From a virus (taxonomy: Duplodnaviria > Caudoviricetes): a stretch of DNA of 64,000 bases. Each line of letters starts with the position of its first letter. Within the stretch, counting starts at the first letter, position 1. Shown here one piece after another: positions 47,806 through 56,000 of this stretch. Location: positions 1-64,000 of IMG/VR virus record IMGVR_UViG_2811995030_000001; one strand, written 5' to 3'. The notes beneath the pieces were generated by a model. The model made no database searches and was not told the DNA's origin. It saw only the letters and a list, made by a program, of their open reading frames with translations. A program made the position numbers and the translations under genes.

Positions 47806-48033
47806 TTAATTATGATATTCTTTCTTCATTGCTCTCTTGATTTTCTTATATGTATTATTCTTTCCTGCTTCTTCAACTTCTCCGTTATATGCGTACTTCT
47901 CATACCACTCTGTTTCTTCTTCAGTTGCTTCCTCGTAAGCCATTTTATCTTCAATGTATGCTACAATCTCTCCATCCGTAAAATCCAACTTAGCTTCCTC
48001 ATTATTCCCGAAATAAATCTTTACCTTTTTCAT
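47806..48033 (-). CDS. small hypothetical protein upstream of the RNA polymerase
   Basis: 75 aa, AGGAG RBS. Confidence 0.65.
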   Translation of the reverse strand: MKKVKIYFGNNEEAKLDFTDGEIVAYIEDKMAYEEATEEETEWYEKYAYNGEVEEAGKNNTYKKIKRAMKKEYHN

Positions 48034-48186
48034 ATATCAATCTCCTATTCTTATATTGTATTTTATTTTATTAGTTATGTATCACTTAAACTTTTATCTC
48101 CATAAGCTCTTTGAATATGTTTCTAACATTTCCTTTAAGGATCAATTCACCTCATCATTTCACTTCCCTTCACTTGGTATGATTTG

Positions 48187-48215
48187 ATTATATATTTTAT
48201 TTTTGTTGATGTAAA
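48187..48215 (-). promoter_or_regulatory. sigma-A promoter for the RNA polymerase operon
   Basis: TTTACA-17 nt-TATAAT. Confidence 0.7.
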
Positions 48216-48294
48216 GAGTTATTTTGAAAAATATTTAATTTTTTGGTAAAAAATTTGGAATAAGACAATTTCGTGACCGCTATATTTAAACTAC

Positions 48295-48322
48295 AAGCCG
48301 AAAGAAACCGACTGCAAACCGA
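48295..48322 (+). repeat. three helically phased AA(A/G)CCGA repeats
   Basis: Copies at 48295, 48305 and 48316, upstream of the wHTH-tubulin operon. Confidence 0.5.
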
Positions 48323-48360
48323 TTCGATCAGCTTAGAATCCACTAAGGGAGAGATGCAGT

Positions 48361-48645
48361 TTGAACAATTATTTTAAGACTACAGTTAAGAAGCTAACTT
48401 ATGAGGATGTACAGATTATAGGGAAGTTATACGAATTGCAGGCCGACTCCACTCTGAGTGCAATCCGAAGACAGCAAATTGCAGACGAACTTGACCTATC
48501 CAAACACAAACTTTCTCTAAGTATTTACAGATTAATAGGAATGTCCTTAATCGAATTTGCCAACGGAACACAGAATACTCACCTTTATGTTACTGATTTT
48601 GGAATGAAAGTCATCGAAGATACATTACAAAGGGAGGAAATATAA
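48361..48645 (+). CDS. winged-helix DNA-binding protein, TubR-like adaptor candidate
   Basis: RQQIADELDLSKHKLSLSIYRL...LYVTDFG wHTH pattern; stop overlaps the tubulin start. Confidence 0.65.
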   Translation: MNNYFKTTVKKLTYEDVQIIGKLYELQADSTLSAIRRQQIADELDLSKHKLSLSIYRLIGMSLIEFANGTQNTHLYVTDFGMKVIEDTLQREEI

Positions 48646-49775
48646 TGTTAAGTTTAGCTTTTATTGGATTAGGTGGAGCTGGTGGGAATGTTGCTGAAGA
48701 GGCGAAACGGTACGGTTATCATGTGGGAGCGATTAACTACTCACAAAGAGATTTAGATTCATTAGAAGGTATTGATCCTACATTTAAACTGAGAATATTG
48801 GGAACAGAAGGAGTTGGCCATAATAGAGACTTAGCAATTGAGTTATTTACGCAACATCATGCGCTAGTTATAGATTTCATTAACAAGAACTTTCAAACTA
48901 ATGATATTATCGCTATCCCTTTTGCCTGTGGAGGTGGGAGTGGAAGTGGTTTAGCCCCAATTATATGTGATGTGTTGAAGTCTTCTTATCCAGACAAAAC
49001 GATTATCGCTATGCCAATCTTACCTGATTTATCTGAATCCACTATAAGCCAATTAAACACTTTATATGTATTTGAAGAACTATCTAATCTTGATGTGGCC
49101 GTATTACCAATAGATAATCAACAGCAAAAAGCTCAATTTTCTTCTATAGGTAAAGATAAGCTTTACACAGAAACCAATCAAAAAGCCGTCTATTTACTTC
49201 ATAAGCTATTTAGCTATACAGAACAGCATTCAAAGAACGGAAACTTTGACAAAAGGGACTTTATGACATTGTTCAATAATAAGGGGATGACTCATATTAC
49301 AGAAATCAACCTAAGTAGCGAAAAGAGTGAAGGGGAGAATGTGACTCATGATTCTATAAGTAAGAAGATTAATAACTCCTTATGTAATGGAGTTTTCATA
49401 CCGCCTCAAAAGGAGCAAATTATCAATGGGGCATTAATATTTGAGGGAAATGAGCGACTTTTAAGCTTAATTAATCCTGAAAGTGTATTTAGTTATTACG
49501 ACAACGATGTAATTGACTTATTTGAGGGGAATTATAGTGGGAAGAATAATAATCTCATTATCGCAGCATCAGGATTATCTTGGTGTAAGGAGAGATTGAG
49601 TAAGATTGAGGACATGGCCGAAAAGAAGAAGGAGGTTATCGAAAAAGCATTCTCCAATGAAAATCAGCAAACTTACCAATCACGAACATCTGTAAGTGGC
49701 TTCATGTCCAAAATTCGTCAGCCTAAAAAGAAGGCGAACTCCATTTCAGACGTATTGAGTAAGTATAAAAGGTAA
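48645..49775 (+). CDS. tubZ: tubulin/FtsZ-family GTPase (TubZ-like)
   Basis: GLGGAGGN, GVGHN, GGGSGSG signature and NFDKRD T7 loop; basic C-terminal tail. Confidence 0.8.
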   Translation: MLSLAFIGLGGAGGNVAEEAKRYGYHVGAINYSQRDLDSLEGIDPTFKLRILGTEGVGHNRDLAIELFTQHHALVIDFINKNFQTNDIIAIPFACGGGSGSGLAPIICDVLKSSYPDKTIIAMPILPDLSESTISQLNTLYVFEELSNLDVAVLPIDNQQQKAQFSSIGKDKLYTETNQKAVYLLHKLFSYTEQHSKNGNFDKRDFMTLFNNKGMTHITEINLSSEKSEGENVTHDSISKKINNSLCNGVFIPPQKEQIINGALIFEGNERLLSLINPESVFSYYDNDVIDLFEGNYSGKNNNLIIAASGLSWCKERLSKIEDMAEKKKEVIEKAFSNENQQTYQSRTSVSGFMSKIRQPKKKANSISDVLSKYKR

Positions 49776-49927
49776 CTCGATCTTCTATTTTGATCTTCAG
49801 TTTTCATTACCCACTTCGTTACCGAACACAAAAAATTACGTTACCCATATCGTTACCGCCTACGTGGGTAATTACCTGAGCGTCAGGTAACTAAAAAACA
49901 GTAAGCGACAATTTTGGGTAACGTAAC
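49771..49927. repeat. TTACC/GGTAA repeat array
   Basis: 18-bp direct repeat (49807-49824 and 49841-49858), 11-bp inverted repeat (49836-49846/49916-49926), hairpin TTACCTGA-GCG-TCAGGTAA (49872-49890). Confidence 0.7.
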
Positions 49928-49957
49928 TCCTCTTTATTCGGTGTCGGTGAGAGAGGG

Positions 49958-50119
49958 CTATATATTGAACCGAACAATATCTTTCTTGACTAAAGTTTTC
50001 AAGAGTTGTTTACATTGTTCGGAATTCAATCCTTCTTGCTCAAAAATCCAATCATCAATTTGAGCTAATTTGTAGTCGATTTCTCGATCATCTAAATCAG
50101 ATAAAAATGAAAATAACAT
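49958..50119 (-). CDS. small hypothetical protein, 53 aa
   Basis: Manually translated MLFSFLSDLDDREIDYKLAQIDDWIFEQEGLNSEQCKQLLKTLVKKDIVRFNI with AAGGAAAGTGA RBS. Confidence 0.5.
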   Translation of the reverse strand: MLFSFLSDLDDREIDYKLAQIDDWIFEQEGLNSEQCKQLLKTLVKKDIVRFNI

Positions 50120-50124
50120 CAGCG

Positions 50125-50202
50125 TCACTTTCCTTTAGGCTTAATTTTTTGACCATCTTTAATTGTTTGATCGATGAATTGATCTAAGTTGCTTTGTAAC
50201 AT
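50125..50202 (-). CDS. putative 25-aa peptide
   Basis: MLQSNLDQFIDQTIKDGQKIKPKGK with AGGAG RBS 9 nt upstream. Confidence 0.35.
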   Translation of the reverse strand: MLQSNLDQFIDQTIKDGQKIKPKGK

Positions 50203-50259
50203 AAGCATCAGCTCCTAAATATGTTAGGTATAGCATGTCCATAGAAAGGAGAGATATAC

Positions 50260-50682
50260 ATGCTTTCTGAATACAAATTGAAACTTGATGAGAAGCAAGC
50301 CGAAAAGATAAAGCGACTAACTGTATATGAGAATTTCAGGAGAGAGTTAATCAAGGGAGAAGAACTGATTGAAGAAGAAGACATAATTTATGCTGCCGTT
50401 AATTTTTACCTCAACTCGATTGAAACCTTCTATAAGATCAATACACTTGATGATAAAAAAGAAAGTAAAACATTTCTGAAGTTAAAGTTCAAAGACCTTC
50501 TTAAAGAAAGCAAAACGAAAATCCAACAAAAGGATATTGCGAAATTTATAGGAGTGGACACAGGGCACATAAGCCAAGTCTTAAACAATAAAACATTTCC
50601 ATCTCTAGATGTATTCTTAAAGCTATGGGTATTCTTTGGTAGTCCTCCTTTAGACAAGGTGATTGAATTGAAAAATAATTAA
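50260..50682 (+). CDS. XRE-family HTH regulator with extra N-terminal domain
   Basis: QQKDIAKFIGVDTGHISQVLNNKTFPSLDV. Confidence 0.8.
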   Translation: MLSEYKLKLDEKQAEKIKRLTVYENFRRELIKGEELIEEEDIIYAAVNFYLNSIETFYKINTLDDKKESKTFLKLKFKDLLKESKTKIQQKDIAKFIGVDTGHISQVLNNKTFPSLDVFLKLWVFFGSPPLDKVIELKNN

Positions 50683-50761
50683 TTTTTATTTTAAAAATTG
50701 TGTATCAAACAATTTGTACTCAACATAGGCTATATCATCAAAGAGAAAAGGAAGTGACAGC

Positions 50762-50941
50762 ATGGGAACAGCTCTTATAGGAGTTATGATTCTTAAGTTT
50801 GGCGCAGTGTTAGGGATAGGGGGAGGCATTATACAGGGAACAAATGCCTTCTACTCATTTAAACCGAAAGCATCTAAGAAGAAAGGAAGTGATAACCATG
50901 ACGACAGTAAAACTAAGCATCTCCTCGAAAAATTTGAATAG
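50762..50941 (+). CDS. small membrane peptide, 59 aa
   Basis: Manually translated MGTALIGVMILKFGAVLGIGGGIIQGTNAFYSF...; AGGAAGTG RBS; first gene of the operon. Confidence 0.5.
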   Translation: MGTALIGVMILKFGAVLGIGGGIIQGTNAFYSFKPKASKKKGSDNHDDSKTKHLLEKFE

Positions 50942-51425
50942 TCATGTGAACTATCACAAACCAAAGAAAACTTACGCAATAACAAATAATAATAAAGAAC
51001 AGACGAAGACGGATTTTTTAGAACAAACAAAGAAAAAGGGGGAGATAAATCAAAAACAAAAGGAAATTTTAAAGAAAATCGCAAAAATAACTCTCATGTC
51101 AGGGATGGTATTTCTAACTTCAACACATCCAACATTCGCAGCAGTAGCAGTTCCAGTAGCAACCGCTCAAGAAGTAGACATAATGAATATGGGAAAATAC
51201 TTAATCACAGCTACAACAGCATTGGGAGTAGTAGCAGCGATTATAGCTTACCAGTTTGCAGGAGGACTAAGAATCTTCAGAAAGGGAGAAGTAGCCAACA
51301 AATGGTCAACGGACATCAAGAAGGGATTCATTCAGATTCTAACTGCTCCGTTCCTGTTCGCTCTATTGCACGTAGTCGTTCAATACTTTCTAGGAGGATT
51401 CGATTGGTTCTCAATGATAAAGTAA
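50898..51425 (+). CDS. VirB2/TrbC-pilin-like membrane protein
   Basis: Basic N-terminus, signal-like segment ending PTFA, then two hydrophobic helices separated by a basic loop; start placed after the AGGAAGTG RBS. Confidence 0.5.
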   Translation: MTTVKLSISSKNLNSHVNYHKPKKTYAITNNNKEQTKTDFLEQTKKKGEINQKQKEILKKIAKITLMSGMVFLTSTHPTFAAVAVPVATAQEVDIMNMGKYLITATTALGVVAAIIAYQFAGGLRIFRKGEVANKWSTDIKKGFIQILTAPFLFALLHVVVQYFLGGFDWFSMIK

Positions 51426-52498
51426 AGCAAAGTAAAGCTATCCCCCTAGCCACTTTATCCGCTTTCCCTTTTGTACTTAACCCAACCAAGGCAAGTGCAG
51501 AAGGGATAAAGGATAAACTAGACGAAGCTAACAATATTATTGACATACTGAATAAAGGATACAACGGAATTGATGAAATGAAGCATAAATTAGAAGCATT
51601 CACAGAAACAGCAATACGAGTGAGTGAGTTCTTTACTAATTTGCCATTTCACATTATGCAAGGATCGGTTCTACTTATCACAAAGGTTTATGAATTACTC
51701 TCATCCTTCATTCTTTACACACCTGTTTATCTATTTCAAAACGATGCAGTGAAAGCAGTAGTTGAACAATTAACTACAGGTTCTATTTACGGACTAATCC
51801 TGTTGACTATGTTTGAAGGTATAAAGATGATTGTCAGAAAGAAGTATACTCCCCCAAGTAAGATTGTTCAGCGAAGTGTTATCTCTATGTTAGCAACAAG
51901 TTCAAGTTTATTCTTATTCTCACAAGGATTTACACTTGTCAATCAACTTTCACAAGGAATCTTTCAACTAGGGCAACAGTCAATGGGAGAAGGGGCTTCT
52001 AAAGCACTTGCCAATGTAAACCCTGATCCAATCTCTCTAATTTTCATGGTTCTTTTTGATATTGTTCTATTGATATTCTCTTGCGTCCTATTTACACAAA
52101 CGGGAACAAGATGGTATAAAACTATCAATTTAGCTATCATGAGTCCCTTGGTGATGACAGCATGGGTATTTGATAAGCACCAAAATATCTTTAATAAGTG
52201 GTGGAGAGAAGTTAAGAGGATTGGAATTGTTCAAATCGTTTATGCAATAGAACTAATGATAATTGGAATCCTAATATTTGCAACTCAGGGATCAGTAGGA
52301 ACAAAAGCCTTATTAATTAAGCTTTGCCTAAATATCGGGGCGCTGAACGCTCTAATTAAGCAACCGAAAATTGTAAATGAGTATATTGGCAAACAGGAGT
52401 CTATGGGGGATATGTGGAAAAGTATGAGTTCAAGTTTCATTCAGTTAAAAACAGGGATCAACCTCAAGAAGTTAGGAAAAATGAAACTGAAAAAGTGA
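51404..52498 (+). CDS. VirB6/TrbL-like polytopic membrane protein
   Basis: Signal-like ASA motif and several TM helices; RWYKTINLAIMSPLVMTAWVF...FNKWW pattern; TTG start after AGGAGG. Confidence 0.6.
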   Translation: MVLNDKVKQSKAIPLATLSAFPFVLNPTKASAEGIKDKLDEANNIIDILNKGYNGIDEMKHKLEAFTETAIRVSEFFTNLPFHIMQGSVLLITKVYELLSSFILYTPVYLFQNDAVKAVVEQLTTGSIYGLILLTMFEGIKMIVRKKYTPPSKIVQRSVISMLATSSSLFLFSQGFTLVNQLSQGIFQLGQQSMGEGASKALANVNPDPISLIFMVLFDIVLLIFSCVLFTQTGTRWYKTINLAIMSPLVMTAWVFDKHQNIFNKWWREVKRIGIVQIVYAIELMIIGILIFATQGSVGTKALLIKLCLNIGALNALIKQPKIVNEYIGKQESMGDMWKSMSSSFIQLKTGINLKKLGKMKLKK

Positions 52499-52510
52499 GC
52501 GTGATGACTT

Positions 52511-54739
52511 GTGAATAGATTCTTAAAAAAGCAGAAGCTAAATTATGATAATTTGAGTCGGATAGAGTATAATCTATCTAACTTCGATTCTAAGGTATCT
52601 AGCGTTCTCTCTGAATCGTTTAAATTCGATTCGAGTATAATTAGTCTCGAAACTCTTAAAATTGATTCTGAGCAATTCTGGAACGTTTCAGTACCATGTC
52701 ATTATAAAGGGGTATTTCATGAGAGGGATATAGGAGAGGAATTACCCTTTGATTTTAGCTCAGATTCCCTTGTACTGCAAGTTAAATCCACTCAGCCTAG
52801 CTTTCTACCTTTCTATGCAAAAGACCAGCTCAGCCTATTTGAAGACTTGAATAGACTGTATGTAGAAGGAGAGATATTTACTCAACTCTTATTAATTAAA
52901 CGCACCAAGGCTTACAATGAATTGCTCATTGAGCTGTACGAGAACTATCTAAATGGGAATGACATTGCTACAACTAACAAGATACTTAATGCTATGCAAA
53001 CGAGAATACTAAGAAAGTTAGGTAATATTGTTCAAGAAAACTTTGAGCGCACACCTGACACCGATATAGAAGACAAAGTAACAGACTCCCTTTATGAGTA
53101 TGAGTGGAGGATTGTTATTAACTCTAAATTCTATAAAACATTACTCCCTGAGATTGAAGAAATCTTAAAGCAAGCAGATTTTCATAATCAATTTGAGCTT
53201 CAGACTATGAAAAAGTTTAATATTGACCTTATACGCAATAGAACATTCTCCAATACTTCTCATCTACAAGTATTTTCCCAAAAGGAGCTAGATACATTGT
53301 TCCTATCGACCTCAAATATCCCAGAAGTTGAAACAAAGCCTATTCCTGTGATTGAAAAAGTAGATAAAGAGCATCCTATACACCTTTTACCTGATCCAGA
53401 AGTTAAAAAAGAGCGTGAAAGAGATGAAAGTGAGCTTAAAACGATGCTATCCAATGCTTTGAGGCGTGTAAAAGCTACAAATAACACAAAAATACAATAC
53501 ATCGAGATAGAACAAGGTGTAACTGTTGAGAGAATTGTCATGAAAATCCCTAAAGATACGAATTTCACCAACATACAGAAGAAATTAGTTGATTTACAGG
53601 CACAAACAGGAACGGATATGAACATTGAGCGTGGTAAAGAGCCTGATACAGTGACATTTTTGATTCCTTGTGAGCAAAGAGAGGTGGTTTATCTTAAAGA
53701 ATTGTTGCAGAATGAGGAATTTCTACAGTTTGCACAAGATAACCCTTTACCATTTGTAGCAGGGGTGGATATGTATAATAAGCCCCTCTACCGTTGCCTA
53801 ACAAAAGCCCCCCATCTATTAGTAGCTGGAGCAACTGGTGGAGGAAAGAGTGTATTTATCAATGCTCTGCTTATTACTTTGATACTTACTAAATCACCTG
53901 AGCAATTGAGATTATACTTAATTGATCCTAAGCATATAGAGTTAGAGCAGTATAAAGGAATTTCTCACGTAGAAGATGTGATTACAGATATGAAGAAGGC
54001 TTATAATATCTTAGAGTCATTGGTTATTGAAATGGATAAACGCTATGAACTTATGGCTAAAAACAAATGTAAAAGTATTAAAGCGTTTAACAAAAAGTCA
54101 GGAAAGTATATGCCCTATATTGTAGTTGTGGTTGATGAATATAACGACTTGAAGATGGTTTCTTCTGAGGTTGAGAGCCAAGTTGAACGATTGGGGCAGA
54201 AAGCGAGAGGATGTGGAATACATCTTATCCTAGCTACTCAAAAGCCATCTGCTGATGTATTAACGGGAACACTTAAAGCGAATCTGCCTTCAAGAATAAG
54301 TTTTAAACTATCTACCTCTTCCGACTATAAGACTGTTTTTGGAAAGGGTATTCCTTATAATTTATTAGGTAAAGGGGACGGTGTGTTGAGTTATGACGGA
54401 CAGATGGAGGATTATATACGCCTACAATCGCCTGTAATCACTCTGAATGAAGACGAAGAGGAAATGGTCTATGAGAAGATTCAAAGCCTTTACAGAGGAA
54501 AATATGAAGAATTAGAGCTATCTGAACCTGAGAGTCTCCTAGACAAAATGAAAAGGATAATTGCTAATACGAATGAGACTAGAGTTGGAGAGCTAAGAAA
54601 GCAAATGAAAATACGGATAAATGACGTACAGGACTTAATGCAACAACTTGTAGATGAGAAATGGTTAACTAAAGAAGATGGGAAGAGAGGTTATCAGCTT
54701 ATTGCAACTGAAGAAGAACTATCACAGTGGAGAGATTAA
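52511..54739 (+). CDS. FtsK/SpoIIIE-family DNA translocase
   Basis: PHLLVAGATGGGKS, LIDPK, VVVVDE, GIHLILATQKPS and LLGKGD motifs; C-terminal gamma-like wHTH; no obvious N-terminal TM. Confidence 0.92.
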   Translation: MNRFLKKQKLNYDNLSRIEYNLSNFDSKVSSVLSESFKFDSSIISLETLKIDSEQFWNVSVPCHYKGVFHERDIGEELPFDFSSDSLVLQVKSTQPSFLPFYAKDQLSLFEDLNRLYVEGEIFTQLLLIKRTKAYNELLIELYENYLNGNDIATTNKILNAMQTRILRKLGNIVQENFERTPDTDIEDKVTDSLYEYEWRIVINSKFYKTLLPEIEEILKQADFHNQFELQTMKKFNIDLIRNRTFSNTSHLQVFSQKELDTLFLSTSNIPEVETKPIPVIEKVDKEHPIHLLPDPEVKKERERDESELKTMLSNALRRVKATNNTKIQYIEIEQGVTVERIVMKIPKDTNFTNIQKKLVDLQAQTGTDMNIERGKEPDTVTFLIPCEQREVVYLKELLQNEEFLQFAQDNPLPFVAGVDMYNKPLYRCLTKAPHLLVAGATGGGKSVFINALLITLILTKSPEQLRLYLIDPKHIELEQYKGISHVEDVITDMKKAYNILESLVIEMDKRYELMAKNKCKSIKAFNKKSGKYMPYIVVVVDEYNDLKMVSSEVESQVERLGQKARGCGIHLILATQKPSADVLTGTLKANLPSRISFKLSTSSDYKTVFGKGIPYNLLGKGDGVLSYDGQMEDYIRLQSPVITLNEDEEEMVYEKIQSLYRGKYEELELSEPESLLDKMKRIIANTNETRVGELRKQMKIRINDVQDLMQQLVDEKWLTKEDGKRGYQLIATEEELSQWRD

Positions 54740-54802
54740 TTTCTTTCCACTTTTTTGTTTACATTAACATAAATAAATTATATAATATAAAAAGATTAAA
54801 AC

Positions 54803-55477
54803 ATGTATTCAAAAGGAGATGATGTTTATTTGTTTAAGATTCAGATGCCTAACAGTGTTATTAGAGACAGTGAGTTTAGTTCCGCTTCTTTTTACGTCTT
54901 AGCTAAGTTTATTCAAAGGTTCTATGTACAGAAACAATCTACAACTACATTCCAGTTAGACCATAAGCAATTTATGTATTACGCAGGGATTAAGAGTAAT
55001 CAAGGCTTTAAGAAGATTTTAAATGAATTATATGAGAGAGGAGTTATTAAGAATAAAATTGATACATTACCCAGAAAGGAATTATTAACGATAGAGTTTA
55101 ATGCAGAATGGTGTGATGAACAAGGAAAGCCGTTTGCTCAGCTACCTTATACTATACTTAGTAAGGAACTGTTAGATTTAATTGGCTATCAGGGAGTACG
55201 ATTATTGTTTTACTTTAGATCATACATAAGAAACACCGCCCATCATTTCTGTTTTACCTCTCAGGAAACTATAGCTACCGAAACAGATATGACAGAGAAC
55301 ACAATTACTAAATACACTAAGATACTTAAAGATAATAAATTAATTAGAGTAAGTAAACATGTTTTAACCGCTACCTATAGTTACGAAGAGGATGAATTTA
55401 ATAATTCAAAAATGGAATTTAAAAAGTACAATAATCACTATTTTTTAGACATCGAAAAGTTGAAAAAATTTAAGTGA
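54803..55477 (+). CDS. Rep-like replication initiator with tandem wHTH
   Basis: CFTSQETIATETDMTENTITKYTKILKDNKLI HTH plus an N-terminal wHTH-like segment; directly followed by iterons. Confidence 0.55.
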   Translation: MYSKGDDVYLFKIQMPNSVIRDSEFSSASFYVLAKFIQRFYVQKQSTTTFQLDHKQFMYYAGIKSNQGFKKILNELYERGVIKNKIDTLPRKELLTIEFNAEWCDEQGKPFAQLPYTILSKELLDLIGYQGVRLLFYFRSYIRNTAHHFCFTSQETIATETDMTENTITKYTKILKDNKLIRVSKHVLTATYSYEEDEFNNSKMEFKKYNNHYFLDIEKLKKFK

Positions 55478-55533
55478 AAAATAGAGTAAAAATAACCCCA
55501 AATTGCTAATGCTTTTTTAGCGATTTGTAATAC

Positions 55534-55653
55534 TATATCTTTATATATCTTTTATATCTTTATATATAATCTAACTAGACCTCAAATTATCTTACATAAT
55601 TTGCGGTTGTATCTTAAATGATTTGCGGTTGTATCTTAAATGATTTGCGGTTA
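55534..55653 (+). repeat. putative origin: AT-rich TATATCTTT repeats plus three tandem 22-bp iterons
   Basis: TATCTTA(C/A)AT(A/G)ATTTGCGGTT(G/A) at 55588, 55610 and 55632; TATATCTTT x3 at 55534-55561. Confidence 0.75.
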
Positions 55654-55823
55654 GGTGAAAAAGTGGGGTAAATTTAAGGTGAAAATTAAGGCTATTTTTT
55701 ACTCTAAAATGAGCTGCTAAAATGACATAAATTTTGATGAGATGGAGTGGTGAAAACTACTCCTTTTTTGTGTGCAATTTTGTGGTAGAATATTTACTTG
55801 TGATTAAAAGGAGAGATGACTAA

Positions 55824-56000
55824 ATGGAAAATGAAACTCCATATTATGAAGATAAAAGCAAAGTATATGACATAATTAAATATCCTGATCGCATTAGTGG
55901 AAGATGTGATGACTGTGGAGAAGCTAAATTTAGCAGTAGAATAGAGGATAGGAAGCTAGTAAGAAAGTGTAAAAAGTGTGGATTGCAGAAAAGTATTTAA
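55824..56000 (+). CDS. small Zn-ribbon protein, 58 aa
   Basis: Manually translated MENETPYYEDK...GRCDDCG...RKCKKCGLQKSI with AAGGAG RBS; missing from the ORF track. Confidence 0.7.
   Translation: MENETPYYEDKSKVYDIIKYPDRISGRCDDCGEAKFSSRIEDRKLVRKCKKCGLQKSI

Noticed and set aside
48086-48146. 19-codon minus-strand ORF (MILKGNVRNIFKELMEIKV) upstream of the polymerase operon
   Set aside because: TTG start only ~2-3 nt from the RBS-like sequence; too short to support
55588-55653. 22-bp repeats as a CRISPR array
   Set aside because: Repeats are head-to-tail with no spacers and there are no cas genes; iterons fit better
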